Position numbers and translations under genes: made by a program
Shown here: piece after piece, positions 24,001 through 34,863 of the stretch
Layout: each line of letters starts with the position of its first letter
How positions within the stretch are numbered: the stretch's first letter is position 1
Assembly (NCBI GenBank): GCA_964016885.1
Contig: OZ024747.1
Span: 7,626,001 to 7,690,000 of the forward strand
Source: Eledone cirrhosa
Lineage: Eukaryota
DNA: 64,000 bases
Direction of reading: 5' to 3'
The notes under the pieces: model-generated
What the model was told of the DNA's origin: nothing
Seen by the model: the letters and a program-made list of their open reading frames with translations, nothing else
Database searches by the model: none

Positions 24001-27000
24001 CCAGAACACTCTGTAAAGTGCAGTAATATATGTAAGAGAGATGTAGCCCCTGGCCCATCTGAGAAGTACTGATTTGCTCTGTGACAACCCATCCAACCCT
24101 TGCCTGCAGAAGAAAAATATATTTTATTATTATCTTTTATTATGTTGTTCTACACATTGCTTAATTATTTAATATATATTTCCACAGGGCTTACCAAAGC
24201 AGAAAGAAAGTATATGGGGCACAATCAGAGCATTGATTCATGTGTTTTGTGGTGATTATGGCAATATAAGGGTTGAATTCCCCCAACCATTTTCTTTAAA
24301 GGTAACTATCCGTCTTCTATTACATATCTCACAATGCTTCATATTCATCATCATTATCATCATTTAACGTCTATCTTCCACGCTAGCATAAATTATTTTA
24401 AAACAAATATACCAGCTTGCCCATTTCTAGCAAGGGAAAATGGATGAAGCAATAATGGGAGGAAGCAATATAGATCTCATTATCATCATTTACTTTTCAA
24501 TGCTGGCAAAATTTGGACAAGTCATCATGGACTGAGTCAGTTCTTATTTGAAGTTACTAATCTCCTTAACAAGTCGGGGACCACGTCTTATTCGTGCATT
24601 CCATGATGGACTAAGTGTTGTGCTCTGTTCAGTATCTTTTCCCTGTGTTCTTCAAGATTATAAATCCTAGTGGGGTTGATTCTTTGCTTTTACCACGCTA
24701 GCATGGGTTAGACGGGTTGTCCTGTTGTGGGCAGTGTCCGGTTGGCTGACCTTGTCTTGCTCATACGGGAACTGATTCTGGCTTGATTTCTACAGCTGGA
24801 TGCCCTTCCTAACACCAACCTCATTTACAGGGTGGGCTGGGTGCTTTTTTTCCGTGGCGCCTACATGTCCACTTTACAGTGTGGGCTGGGTGCTTTTTTG
24901 CCATGGCACGACCACTTATAGAAACCTTTTTACTGGCTCACCCCTCTCTCTGTAACAATGATCCCCCCTATCATCACCCTTTGTAGAAATATATGGCTTT
25001 TGTTTGAATGTGCAGAACCTTAATTTCTTTTACTTTATCTACTTCAGGAATTTATAGAATATTACAACATTGACAATAATATTGTGATGCCGAACCTGTT
25101 GCCAAATTTGACACCTTCTGTTAATGGTATCTCTCCATCATCTATGTCCAGCAGTCTGTCAAGTAGCACCTCACTTTGCATGCTCAATGTGAGCAAAGAG
25201 GCCAGAGATTTGGTACAGAGCTTGGCAGAACATATAGTTTATAGTGAGTATTGCACTTTCTCTCTTTCTTTTGTCTGTCTGAACTGCTAAAGTGTAGAGG
25301 AGAGGCCACAATATACATCCTTACAACCATCTGCAACAAGATCTGGCTGACTGGCGAATGGCCAACATCATGGACTCAGTCACTGTTTAGAGTGCTTCCT
25401 TGAACTATGCCAGAACTATTGTACCATGAGCAAGATCAGCCATGCAAGCAAGGTAATGCTCAGGGTCATCATGAATAGATTGAAATCACAGCTCCTGAAA
25501 ATATGACATTAACTTCATGTGCAAATCAGGTGGGAACTAAAACACATCCCTCTATCACCCCAGAAGAGATACAGAGATCAGCTCAACTACAGACTTAAAT
25601 AGTGCAAGAAACTCCAGTCCCAATGGGAAGAACTAGCAAAAGATTGTATTGGCTGGCTTTCAACTATAGCAAATGGTATAAAAACTAGACAAGCAAACCA
25701 ACTACAAGATTTGAACAGATGAAAAATGGTGTACACTACCAAAAACCATCAGCAACTGTCAACCAGCATGTACAAGAACACGTATGTCTCAAACTGGCTT
25801 CTTGCATGCACATACATGCTCGCTATTGGATGACACTATTAAGAGAGTCATTAGTAACAATGACCAGCTAAGACAAAGATATATTTATATGTGTATGCAT
25901 GTGATGATCATCATTTTATGCCTGTTTTCTATGTTGGCAAGGGTTGGATGGGTTGTCACAGTCTGTGACTATACTGGTGGAGGAACCACATCTCTAGAGT
26001 TAAGGCAGCTGTAGTGGGCAGAGTGTAAGTAAAAGTAAATAGGTTTGAAGTCTCTGCAGTGAGATATCAAGGAAGAATCAAGCTCTGGCCATTATGATTA
26101 TACTCCGAGTTAATCGATATTGAAATGATTGTAATATGCTAATAAAGTTTATATACATGATGTTACAATGACTCCAATCCTACTTACTTTGATTTACACT
26201 CTGCACACTACAGTTGCCTCGGGAATAGAACCCAATGAGATGGACCATAACAGCATCGAGTGCTTAGACTGGTTAACCACCTGTAGCTGTAGTTACACAC
26301 TCACCTAACACACACACATACACATATATATATATATATCATTCATCATCATCATTTCATTTTACGTCTGCTTTTCCCTGCTTGGGACGGAAACTGATGC
26401 TGGCTTGATTTCTACAGCTGAGTAAACTGGAGCAATGTGAAATAAAGTGTCTTGCTCAAGGAAACAACACATCACCCGGTCTGAGAATTGAACTCACAAC
26501 CTTTCGATTGCAAGGCCAATGCTCTAACCACTAAGCCATGTGCCTCCATATATATATATTAAAAAGGCTTTTCTCTGACAATTTACTCTCTTAATACCTA
26601 CAGCAAGTATTTTTAGATGACATGTCTGGTGTGTATTTATATATGGAATAAGTCTTTTCTCATCTTTCCACAGGTTCTGTATGCAGTTCAGTAATGATGA
26701 GTACCAATATCTTGGCATTTTTGCTCTTGACAAAATACCGTCAGGTAGGTCACATACCACTTCTACTAAAAATCAAGGTAACCTCTACATGATCGTTCTA
26801 ACTGCTAGAAATAACAGTCAAATATTGTGGTTAGTTATTTTGCCAATGTTAGCAATCCTTGTTACTATGACTCTTGTGATTATTGTTTTAGGGTTGTTTA
26901 ACCCCAGGTCAGTCCTCATCAAGCAGACTTATGATCAAAGACATTCCAGCTATGACCGTTCTATTTTTTTCAGACTCATCCTTCTGGGTTTTTTTTATTA

Positions 27001-29826
27001 ACCCTTTAGCAATTAAACCAGAATTCTCTCACCTTTTTCTGTTCCAACTGACTGTAACCAGCTGCTCATACTGACGTTAAGGTATTGTTCTCATAGTAAA
27101 TAACATCAAAATCTCGTAGATTAGATATTATGTGGGGTAATTATGTAAAATAAAGGCTTTACCTCAAAAATACAATAGTAAATATAGAGTAATGTAAATG
27201 CTAAAGGGTTAAGCTCATAGTGTGTTATTTGAAGGAGATTTTACTGCTATTTCTACCAGTTTGAAGGATCATATAGAGGCTCTCTCATTGATTTGTTTAT
27301 TATTGCTTTGTTGTTGTTGTTGTTACTGATTTGTCTGTACCTTACTGCAGGGTGCCACTTTGAAAGAGCTTGCTGACAGTTTCAAAGAGCTGACTGACCA
27401 TGTAAAGAGCCGAAACCGGGATATTGGTTTTTCTGGAACATCAGAAGACATTGTGTTATATGCCGCCACCACGCTGGGACTCAATCTTGTTAAAAGGTAA
27501 ATGATAACTCCTGAATAGCTAACATAGGTGGCAGCAGCAGCAATGGTGGTTGTTATTTATACACTTGCTATGACCCTTTCTCTCTTACTTCCTTCCCTCC
27601 CAACTAACTAGTTGAGATAAATACCACCTCAAATACTACTACAAATGCTAGGTAATGTATGAGCAAACAGTCACAACTCATCTAACCAATGCTAGTATGG
27701 AAAATGGATGTTAAACAGTGATGATGATGTATCTCAACCAAACTATTCAATATCAAGGAAATCTTTGTTTTATTCTCTCTTCATTTGTTTTTAATGTTTG
27801 TATTTTGATCTTCAATATAAATCCTTTGCTCCATTTTGAATTTTCATCCAAGTATCTGAACTTTTTAAAATTATGTATCTTGTTGAAGAACAATGGCCTG
27901 TAAGTATGTAGTTCCTGGAAACTGTTGTGTCAAGGCTGGCGTTTTCAATGTCTTCTGGTGATTCCAACACCGTTTCCAACATTAAGATGTGAGGACTTTT
28001 CAGAGGTGACCCACAAACCTGGTCATTTTCTTCATTCCACCTCATACAAGAATGTAACTGGATGGCAGCAGGTCATTATTGCCACATAACCAAAATATTT
28101 AGGAAATATCAGTCTTTTATTCTCTATATAGTGATTCTATATCATGGTTAAGGAGTAGGAGAGGGGGCTGGCCTTCAAGAAACATTTACAAAATAAAATA
28201 AAATAATGAATTGGTGTATTTCCTCTAATTTAAAGAATTTTTTTTTGTTTTTTCTTCTAAATTTTCTTTGATGGTGGCAGGAGTTTTACCGAGAGTGGAG
28301 ATATATATTTTAAACCTACAACCAGTCTCCCTTCAGTATTTTCTCTCAGTTACAACAGTGCTCCTGTAACAAATGTGTTTGCTATGGAAAGTGTTATTGG
28401 TAAGTTATTCTATTTTACTATTGTTTGTCATTCTAACATGTTATTATTCTGTGTTATCATTCCATGTTGTCATTCCGCCTTTTTATTATTCTTTTGTTAT
28501 TCCACTCTTGTTATTCCATGTTATCATTCCCCCGTCCTGTTGTTCTGTGTTGTCATTGAATTCAGAATGTAAAAAGGCATAACTAAATAATTGCGATTCA
28601 TAACATCAACTGCTCTACAGATTTGCCAATAAATATATAGGCAGGTGGACAAACCTCACATTGTCTGATGAGCCATGTTATGGCAAAACTAATAGTTGTA
28701 TTGTAAACTGAAATATCCATTTATTACTAAAAAACATAGTTCTCTGCGAATTAGCATTAGGTTCTTCTTGGCTTCATATTGCTCTCAATTCCTATATAGA
28801 ATATGTATACAATCTGTTGAGCACAGGAAATTTGTTTTATAATATACAACACATTCTATTTCTTTATTCACAATAGACCTCTGAAATACAGAGAATATTT
28901 TGAGTAGACAATGAAAGAGAGACAAATAAAATGAAAGATATACAAGGGGATGATATTATTGCTGTACTTAAATGTTCTCTCACTAATCTTCCATTATTTT
29001 GTTCCCCATTTATTTTACATAGTTGGTGCATGTTTTTATATCGGAAACTTCAGCCTGTCTGATCTTGGTAACACAACGCAGAAGTTTGATGTCCCTATAA
29101 AGAGAGAGGAGCTGGAGGCAGCGGCACAGGTTCTTTGTCAGCTCTTCAAGTTTGAGTACATCTTCAGTCTGGTAAGTTCAGTTTTAATTGCTTACTTGGA
29201 GAATCATGTAGCTACTCTTCATGGTTTGCTGAGTAGATAGGAAATAAGCATGGTGTTGTTTAACTCCAGATCAGCCATGATCTGAGTTGACTTATGGTCA
29301 AAGATGTTCCAGTCATCACTATCCTGTCTTTTCCCAGACATTCAAGACCACATTATCTATTTGTACTCGGTAAGAAAGAAAAGATACACAAGTGTATGTC
29401 AAGTGGTGAGATTTGACTGGCCAGTGGAAGGAGACAGTGTGATCTTCAATCTGTGATTGATATAAACAGCTACTAAGGAATAATGGCTGGTGTTTTAGGA
29501 TTTAACAGGTGTTGGGGTGTACAGTGATGCTGAGAATAAATGAAATTTTTGTTGCTTTTTTTCTCTTCCCAAACCTAACCTTGCCTCTGTTACTGTAATA
29601 TTTGACAGAGTTGTATGCAGATTGATGACATTGTCACTGATGCCCTGGATGTGTTGGTCATTGAAGAGGTATTACGGCTACCAGCACAAGAGGTAAGGCA
29701 ACCTTCTTGTCATTCTATTATACATTTGGTGTTTGTGTGCATAATAACATTATTAGTTTTAAAGTAAATTGGGTAGTCTAACCTATATAAGCAAAGAGAA
29801 ACATATCTATGATGATAATGTGTGTG

Positions 29827-29857
<31 letters not shown>

Positions 29858-32800
29858 TATCATCATCACCGTTTTACGTCCGTTCTTCCATGCTAGCATG
29901 GGTTAGACGGGTTGTCCTGTTGTGGGCAGTGTCTGGTCGGCTGACCATGCCTTGCTCATACAGGAACTGATCTGGCTTGATTTCTACAGCTGGATGCCCT
30001 TCCTAACACCAACCTCATTTACAGTGAGTGCTGGGTGCTTTTTCGTGGCGCCTACACGTCTACTTTACAGTGTGGGCTGGGTGCTTTTTTGCCGTGGCAC
30101 CTCCACGACCACCTTGCGGTGGGGGGAGTGGGGGCATATTGTTTATATGCTTCAGCATGTACCCATGGGAGGTCGGGTACCCTGTATTACTGCGTGACGC
30201 CAGAAGTCACGGTCATGTGTCATTGACTTTGAGAGGTGTAGTTGGGTAAGGTCGGCTTTTATCACCTCATCCCAAGTCATCTTGGGTCTCCCCACTCCGC
30301 GGTTTCCATCAACTTCTAGTGCTCTGCACCTTTTTATGCAGCTGTCATCCTTCATACGCATCACATGTCCATACCAGCATAACCGCCTCTCCTGCACGCA
30401 GCATTTGATTCCTCTTATGCTCAGTCTCTCTCTCAATTCCTTTATGCTTTGTCGTTCACGTATATTACTGTTACACATCCATCGGAGCATGCAGGCTTCG
30501 TTTCTCTCTAATCTACGTAAGTCTTCCACCTTCAGCGCCCAGGTCTCACTACCATGTAACATTGCTGTTCGGATACACGCATCATACAGTCTGCCTTTCA
30601 TTCTGAGGGAGAAGCCTTTTGCAGATAGCAGTGGCAGTAGTTCCCTGAACTTCTTCCATCCCGTTCTTACCCTAGTTATTGTACTTTCTGAGCACCCACC
30701 TCCGTTGCTAATTCGGTCACCTAGGTAGCAGAAGCTGTCTACTGTTTCTACAGGGCCCTCCCAGAGATTGGTGGTACTTGTTTCCTGTGGCTGTTTGCTT
30801 GCTGTTTCATGTGTGTGTGTACACATATATATATATATACATAGACCAAGCTAGGCAGAGGTTGTAAGAGCTGACCTTAAATCACTGAAACTTACAGAGG
30901 TGATGACAAAGGATCGCAACATGTGGAGAGATGCTGTACTGAGAAGGACCCAACTAATCCATGCAAGCATGGAAAAGCGCCCATAAAACCGATGATGATG
31001 ATCCTGGTTTGGTGATTGTAGCAGCCTACAAAAGAAAAAGAACTCAATACTTATAAGAAAGTATTATATTACTTTGTTAACCGCCGAGGTTAGCTTTGCC
31101 TTTCATCCTTACAGGGTCGATAAAATAAAGTACCAGTAATACACTGGGGTTGATTTAATCGACTTTCCCCTCCCCTTGAAATTGCTGGCCTTGTGTCTAT
31201 AGTGGAAACAATTATATTACTATGACGAATTTGCTTTATACCAAACACATGAAAACTGTAATTTATTTGAACATTTCAACATATCGAACATCAAGACTAT
31301 GAAAGCTTAGACAAAACACAACTCTATTAAATACAGCAGAAGGTCTTCAGGGAAGAAACTCCCCTAAAGTGAGTGTTTCAGCCCTTAACTTCTTACATTC
31401 TAAGGGGGCTGAGCTGCATCCAGGTCATGACACCTGGGTGCCCTTCTGCTGACATTTAGTCATTAATATTGAGATTACTAAAGGTGTAAACCATTCATGA
31501 ACAAGCTGTATGCCACATGTGGCCTGTTTGGCTTCCTGAATGGCATGTTTAATTACAAAATTACCTTGAATTGTTTAGTAGTACTTCCTAATTTATAAGC
31601 CATTTATCATGTGGCCCACTGCTCAATGATGGTACATGTGGACTAGTTTAAACTCTCCCATTCTTCTGTTTTAGGTAGCCAACCGAAATTGCAAGAAAGG
31701 TATTGACATATTCTCCCTTGGAGACGAAGAAGATTTTATACAGTCTAATAACACTGTGATGGTATGTGTCTAAACTATCTTACCATATACTTAATCTATT
31801 TTCCCTTGTATGAGTGACTGTGATAGTGGATGTCATGTCACAATACCATCTTGATGGTATGCACTGTTGTTTGTCTTCTTTGTCTCTAAATAAGAGCACT
31901 TCACATCATCGTTTTCTTCATCGTGAGTGTGTGTGTCTGTATGTGTGTGCCTGTAACTGTCTCTATCTAAAATAAAACACTCCACCACTGGTGATGTCTG
32001 CTCAGTGTCAGAATCAACATGATAATACTTCTCTACTCACCTTCATTACCATCATTTTTACTGTCTATCTTCCAGGTTAACACTTCCAATGATGAATGTG
32101 TGGAAAAACTGAAGTTTTACCAACAAGTAATGTTGCCTGTGTGTGAAGCCTACTTGGTCACTGCAAACCACGTCAAAACACTTATGGATTCTGACATGGA
32201 GGGTAAGTTATAATTTTTTTCACTTTTATTTTATGTATCATATGTAGACATCTTCGACTGTTATTGTTTTTCAAGCCACAGTTGTACAGACAAACCTTTA
32301 ACTGTAAATTTATCATAATTTTCTCACACATATCTGTGTGAGTGTTAATTAGGATTGTAAATTATAAGGTTCAGGGTACTACACATACATGCATAGGTTT
32401 GAATATATATATATGTACATACATACATAGGCGAGTAGGGAGAAAGAAGTGTTGGGATGTACTGAATAACTTTTGATAAATAAAGCTGTGTTGTCTGAAG
32501 TAAGAAACCTTGTAATAGTATGGCTTGATTACAGAAATACATTGATTCCTCACTTCTGGTTGCTGAAGTCATGACATTTGACAAAAATACCTGATGCCAT
32601 AGTTACTGCCATTGAAAATCTTACAATGATTTGGTCAACAATCCTTACTCATGTAATAATTATCTTTGATTTTATAAATATTTCAAAAGGGAATATTCCA
32701 TATATATTGGCACTATTAAACAATGATGATGATAGGCAATATAAGAAATATCTCTGTTATTAAATATCATCATCATCATCATCATCACGTTGACTTTTCC

Positions 32801-34863
32801 ATGCTGGTATGGGTTGGACGGGACTTTTTGAGGCAATGTTTTACAGCCAGATACCTTTCCTGACACCAACGTTTTTAGTTGTTTCTTATGATACATAGGG
32901 ATATAGTGTACCGATTCTAAACCTGATATACACAGTTTATTAAACTAATTACATTTGTGACTGTCAAAAACACTCCTGATTATTATGAAGGCCAGAAATA
33001 ACTATATATAAATAACAATAAAAATATACAGAATCTCATGAAATTGATATATATACAAATAAACAGAAAGAATATTGGTAAAACATTGCCATCAAATTTC
33101 CCTCCAAATACAAAGTCTCTCCAAAACCTAGAGGCTCATCAGACTGGAGCTTATCTCAGTTTTATTGGCATTGAGCAACTAAGAGTTCAAGGTGCCGGTC
33201 CATCGCAGGTTTAAACCCCAGCTGTTGATGTTGGTACTCATTTTCAGCTGAGTTGACTGGAGCAATGTGAAATGAAGTGTTTTACTCAAGAACACAACAT
33301 GCCACCTGGTCCAAGAATCAAACTCACAACATTATGACTGAAATCCCAAGCCCTAACCACTAGGTTGTGCACTTTCACATATATATATATATGAACATAT
33401 GTATTGTAAAATCTGAGAAAACCGCCAATGTTAATGTTTGTTGTTGTTTCAGAAGAGAAATTTATGATAAATCTCCATAATAATGCGAAGGAGAGAGCAC
33501 ACAATAACCTCACAAAATGCAGTAAGTATATTCTTTGCATATTACTAACAAAACTATTGAAGGTGTGTAGCTCAGTGGTTAGGGTGTTGGGCTCATGATT
33601 GTAATGTCATGAGCTTGATTCCCTTACTGGGCAGCGCATTGTGTCCTTGAACAAGGCGCTTTAATTCACATTTCTTCAATCCACTCAACTGGAAAAAAAG
33701 GGAATCCCACTTAAATTTCAAAGGGTCAGCCATGTCACACACTATGTCATGCTGAATCTCTCTTAGAACAATGTTGTGTACACGTATCTGTGGAATGCTC
33801 AGTCATTTGCTCATCAGTTTTGCAAGAAGCTTGTTCTGTTGTTTAGAACTGACAGAGGTCCAACAACATAACTGCAAAGGCATGAACAATGGCCAGCAAC
33901 ACCCGCTGCATCAGTCACCCCACCTCGCAAGGCTCCTTCCTCAGGAGGGCTGCTGTCATTCCGATTTTACAGAGGAGGTCAGCTGTACAGGGTCTCGACA
34001 ATGTCTGGTGCAGATTGATTTCTTTCTTTTTGTTTTGCTTTTCTTTTCAACATTGTTAACATCTGGACAACTGATTTCTATTACTGTGCTCACTTAGTTT
34101 ACTTTAACCCTTTACCATTTTCATTACTCTATATTTACTATTGTATTTTCACGGTAAACACTTTATTTCACATAATATTGAATCTATGAGATTTTGATAT
34201 TATTAATTTTGAGAACAATATCTTAACATTGGTATGAGAGACCAGTTACAGCTGAGCAGAAAGAGGTGAGAGAATTCTGGCAGGATATGGCCGGTTTAAA
34301 TGCTAAAGGGTTGATCCTTCCTGTGTGGTCTGCTGTAACTACATTTTACACAGATGTTCTCATTGGATGTATGTATTTGTATGTCTGTGTTATTAATGTT
34401 AATACTGATGATGATGTTATAGTTGATAAGGGTTTGAAAATGTGAGCGTCCCAAACGCAGAAAATGACTAATATATCTATCCTTATAAATAATAGCTAAG
34501 AAAAATTGGGTAAATTACTCTTAGAGACAGAAAAAGTGGACAGAAGTGCCTCCCAGCACTCTGTAAGATATTATTGTTACAGATGCTGCTTCCATTAAAT
34601 AAAGAAACCATTATTGTTTTTATTGCCAGCAATATTTCTATATTTCTCATAATGCACCTGCTCTCTTTCTCATTACAGGTGAATCAGCTGCATTGGATAC
34701 CCTGAAGAATGCAGTAAAAGCACTGCATGACCTGCGTATCATCAAAATCTACCATCCAGATGGTGATACGAAGAAACCAAAGATGGTGAGCCTGCTGTAC
34801 GAAAATGATGTCAGACAGCGACTCTATGACATCATTGATCTGCTTGAACATATGCGTGAATGA
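13588..34863 (+). CDS. GPAM: Glycerol-3-phosphate acyltransferase 1, mitochondrial type (22 coding exons, 2589 nt, ~862 aa)
   Basis: Acyltransferase motifs HKSHLD, GGFFIRR, FFIEGGRSRSGK, IVPITISY; all junctions GT-AG with matching phases; colinear with recalled GPAT1 sequence; first exon is the least certain. Confidence 0.93.
17388..17501 (+). CDS. GPAM: GPAM exon (LNVDIL...RTFMGFSCPCFPESR)
   Basis: Resembles GPAT1 RPFVGRCCYSCTPQS; tttag/gtgagt. Confidence 0.88.
17843..17913 (+). CDS. GPAM: GPAM exon (KTITSEN...SLQNVLDVRSEL)
   Basis: ccag/gtaagt, phase consistent. Confidence 0.85.
18251..18358 (+). CDS. GPAM: GPAM exon (HPSRFETIF...SVLISSR)
   Basis: ttcag/gtgagt, phase consistent. Confidence 0.85.
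19099..19142 (+). CDS. GPAM: GPAM exon (VQDAVQQNVQKTIE)
   Basis: ctag/gtaagt; matches RVQEAI. Confidence 0.83.
19810..19912 (+). CDS. GPAM: GPAM exon (EPNAKVD...RMKACISHWAV)
   Basis: gtag/gtaagt, phase consistent. Confidence 0.85.
20427..20843. repeat. Minisatellite, ~12 x 34 bp with 68-bp dimeric higher-order pattern
   Basis: Unit TTA[A/G]CCATCAGTCTGTACCCTAGC[A/T]ACCTTTG[A/G]G. Confidence 0.95.
20925..21021 (+). CDS. GPAM: GPAM exon (AIGFSLFKFLG...QVHRSQLNIIKNLEK)
   Basis: tgcag/gtaagc; matches GWVLLKLF..IQIHKGQL. Confidence 0.9.
21269..21405 (+). CDS. GPAM: GPAM exon with catalytic motif I (LPLHKSHLDY)
   Basis: HxxxxD motif and AAGDNLNIP. Confidence 0.95.
21664..21956. mobile_element. 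hAT/Charlie-like MITE
   Basis: TIR CAGTGTTTCCCAACC / GGTTGGGAAACCCTG; imperfect 8-bp flanks CTCAAGAG/CCCTAGAG. Confidence 0.7.
22467..22560 (+). CDS. GPAM: GPAM exon, motif II (LGGFFIRRRLD)
   Basis: ttcag/gtaaat. Confidence 0.95.
22811..22940 (+). CDS. GPAM: GPAM exon, motif III (EFFIEGGRSRSGK)
   Basis: atag/gtcagt. Confidence 0.95.
23326..23408 (+). CDS. GPAM: GPAM exon, motif IV (IVPITISYEKLVEG)
   Basis: ttcag/gtaaga. Confidence 0.93.
24188..24301 (+). CDS. GPAM: GPAM exon (GLPKQKES...RVEFPQPFSLK)
   Basis: acag/gtaact; matches GKPKKNES..VRVDFAQPFSLK. Confidence 0.93.
24692..24912 (-). mobile_element. Short 3' fragment of the RTE family at 7851/29827
   Basis: Near-identical 3' UTR sequence. 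Confidence 0.85.
25048..25243 (+). CDS. GPAM: GPAM exon (EFIEYY...LVQSLAEHIVY)
   Basis: ttcag/gtgagt; matches LAEHILF. Confidence 0.9.
26674..26744 (+). CDS. GPAM: GPAM exon (SVCSSVMMSTNILAFLLLTKYRQ)
   Basis: acag/gtaggt; matches IMSTHIVACLLLYRHRQ. Confidence 0.9.
26998..27212 (-). mobile_element. piggyBac-type MITE copy 3
   Basis: TTAA at both ends, same TIRs, opposite internal orientation. Confidence 0.8.
27351..27496 (+). CDS. GPAM: GPAM exon (GATLKEL...DIGFSGTSEDIV)
   Basis: tgcag/gtaaat; matches DLGFSGNSEDVV. Confidence 0.92.
28281..28399 (+). CDS. GPAM: GPAM exon (SFTESG...PSVFSLSY...FAMESVI)
   Basis: gcag/gtaagt, phase consistent. Confidence 0.88.
29023..29171 (+). CDS. GPAM: GPAM exon (GACFYIG...LCQLFKFEYIFSL)
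   Basis: atag/gtaagt, phase consistent. Confidence 0.87.
29609..29692 (+). CDS. GPAM: GPAM exon (SCMQIDD...RLPAQE)
   Basis: acag/gtaagg, phase 0/0. Confidence 0.8.
29827..30805 (-). mobile_element. 5'-truncated RTE LINE, sister copy of 7851-8880
   Basis: ORF 30152-30826 with RTE C-terminal motifs; (CAT)n tail. Confidence 0.9.
31675..31761 (+). CDS. GPAM: GPAM exon (VANRNCK...GDEEDF...TVM)
   Basis: ttag/gtatgt, phase 0/0; acidic patch like GPAT1. Confidence 0.8.
32076..32202 (+). CDS. GPAM: GPAM exon (VNTSNDEC...LPVCEAY...DME)
   Basis: ccag/gtaagt, phase consistent. Confidence 0.87.
33453..33521 (+). CDS. GPAM: GPAM exon (EKFMINLH...LTKC)
   Basis: ttcag/gtaagt, phase 1/1. Confidence 0.83.
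33563..33870 (+). mobile_element. tRNA-derived SINE
   Basis: A-box-like TAGCTCAGTGG, B-box-like TTGATTCC, TGTGTCCTTGAACAAG core; relatives at 43490, 43849, 26410(-), 33130(-). Confidence 0.65.
34104..34314 (+). mobile_element. piggyBac-type MITE copy 4
   Basis: TTAA/TTGA flanks, same TIRs. Confidence 0.75.
34679..34863 (+). CDS. GPAM: GPAM last coding exon (ESAALDTLKNAVK...LEHMRE*)
   Basis: acag acceptor, TGA 34861-34863; matches GPAT1 C-terminal ESAT..VKNAVK. Confidence 0.9.
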
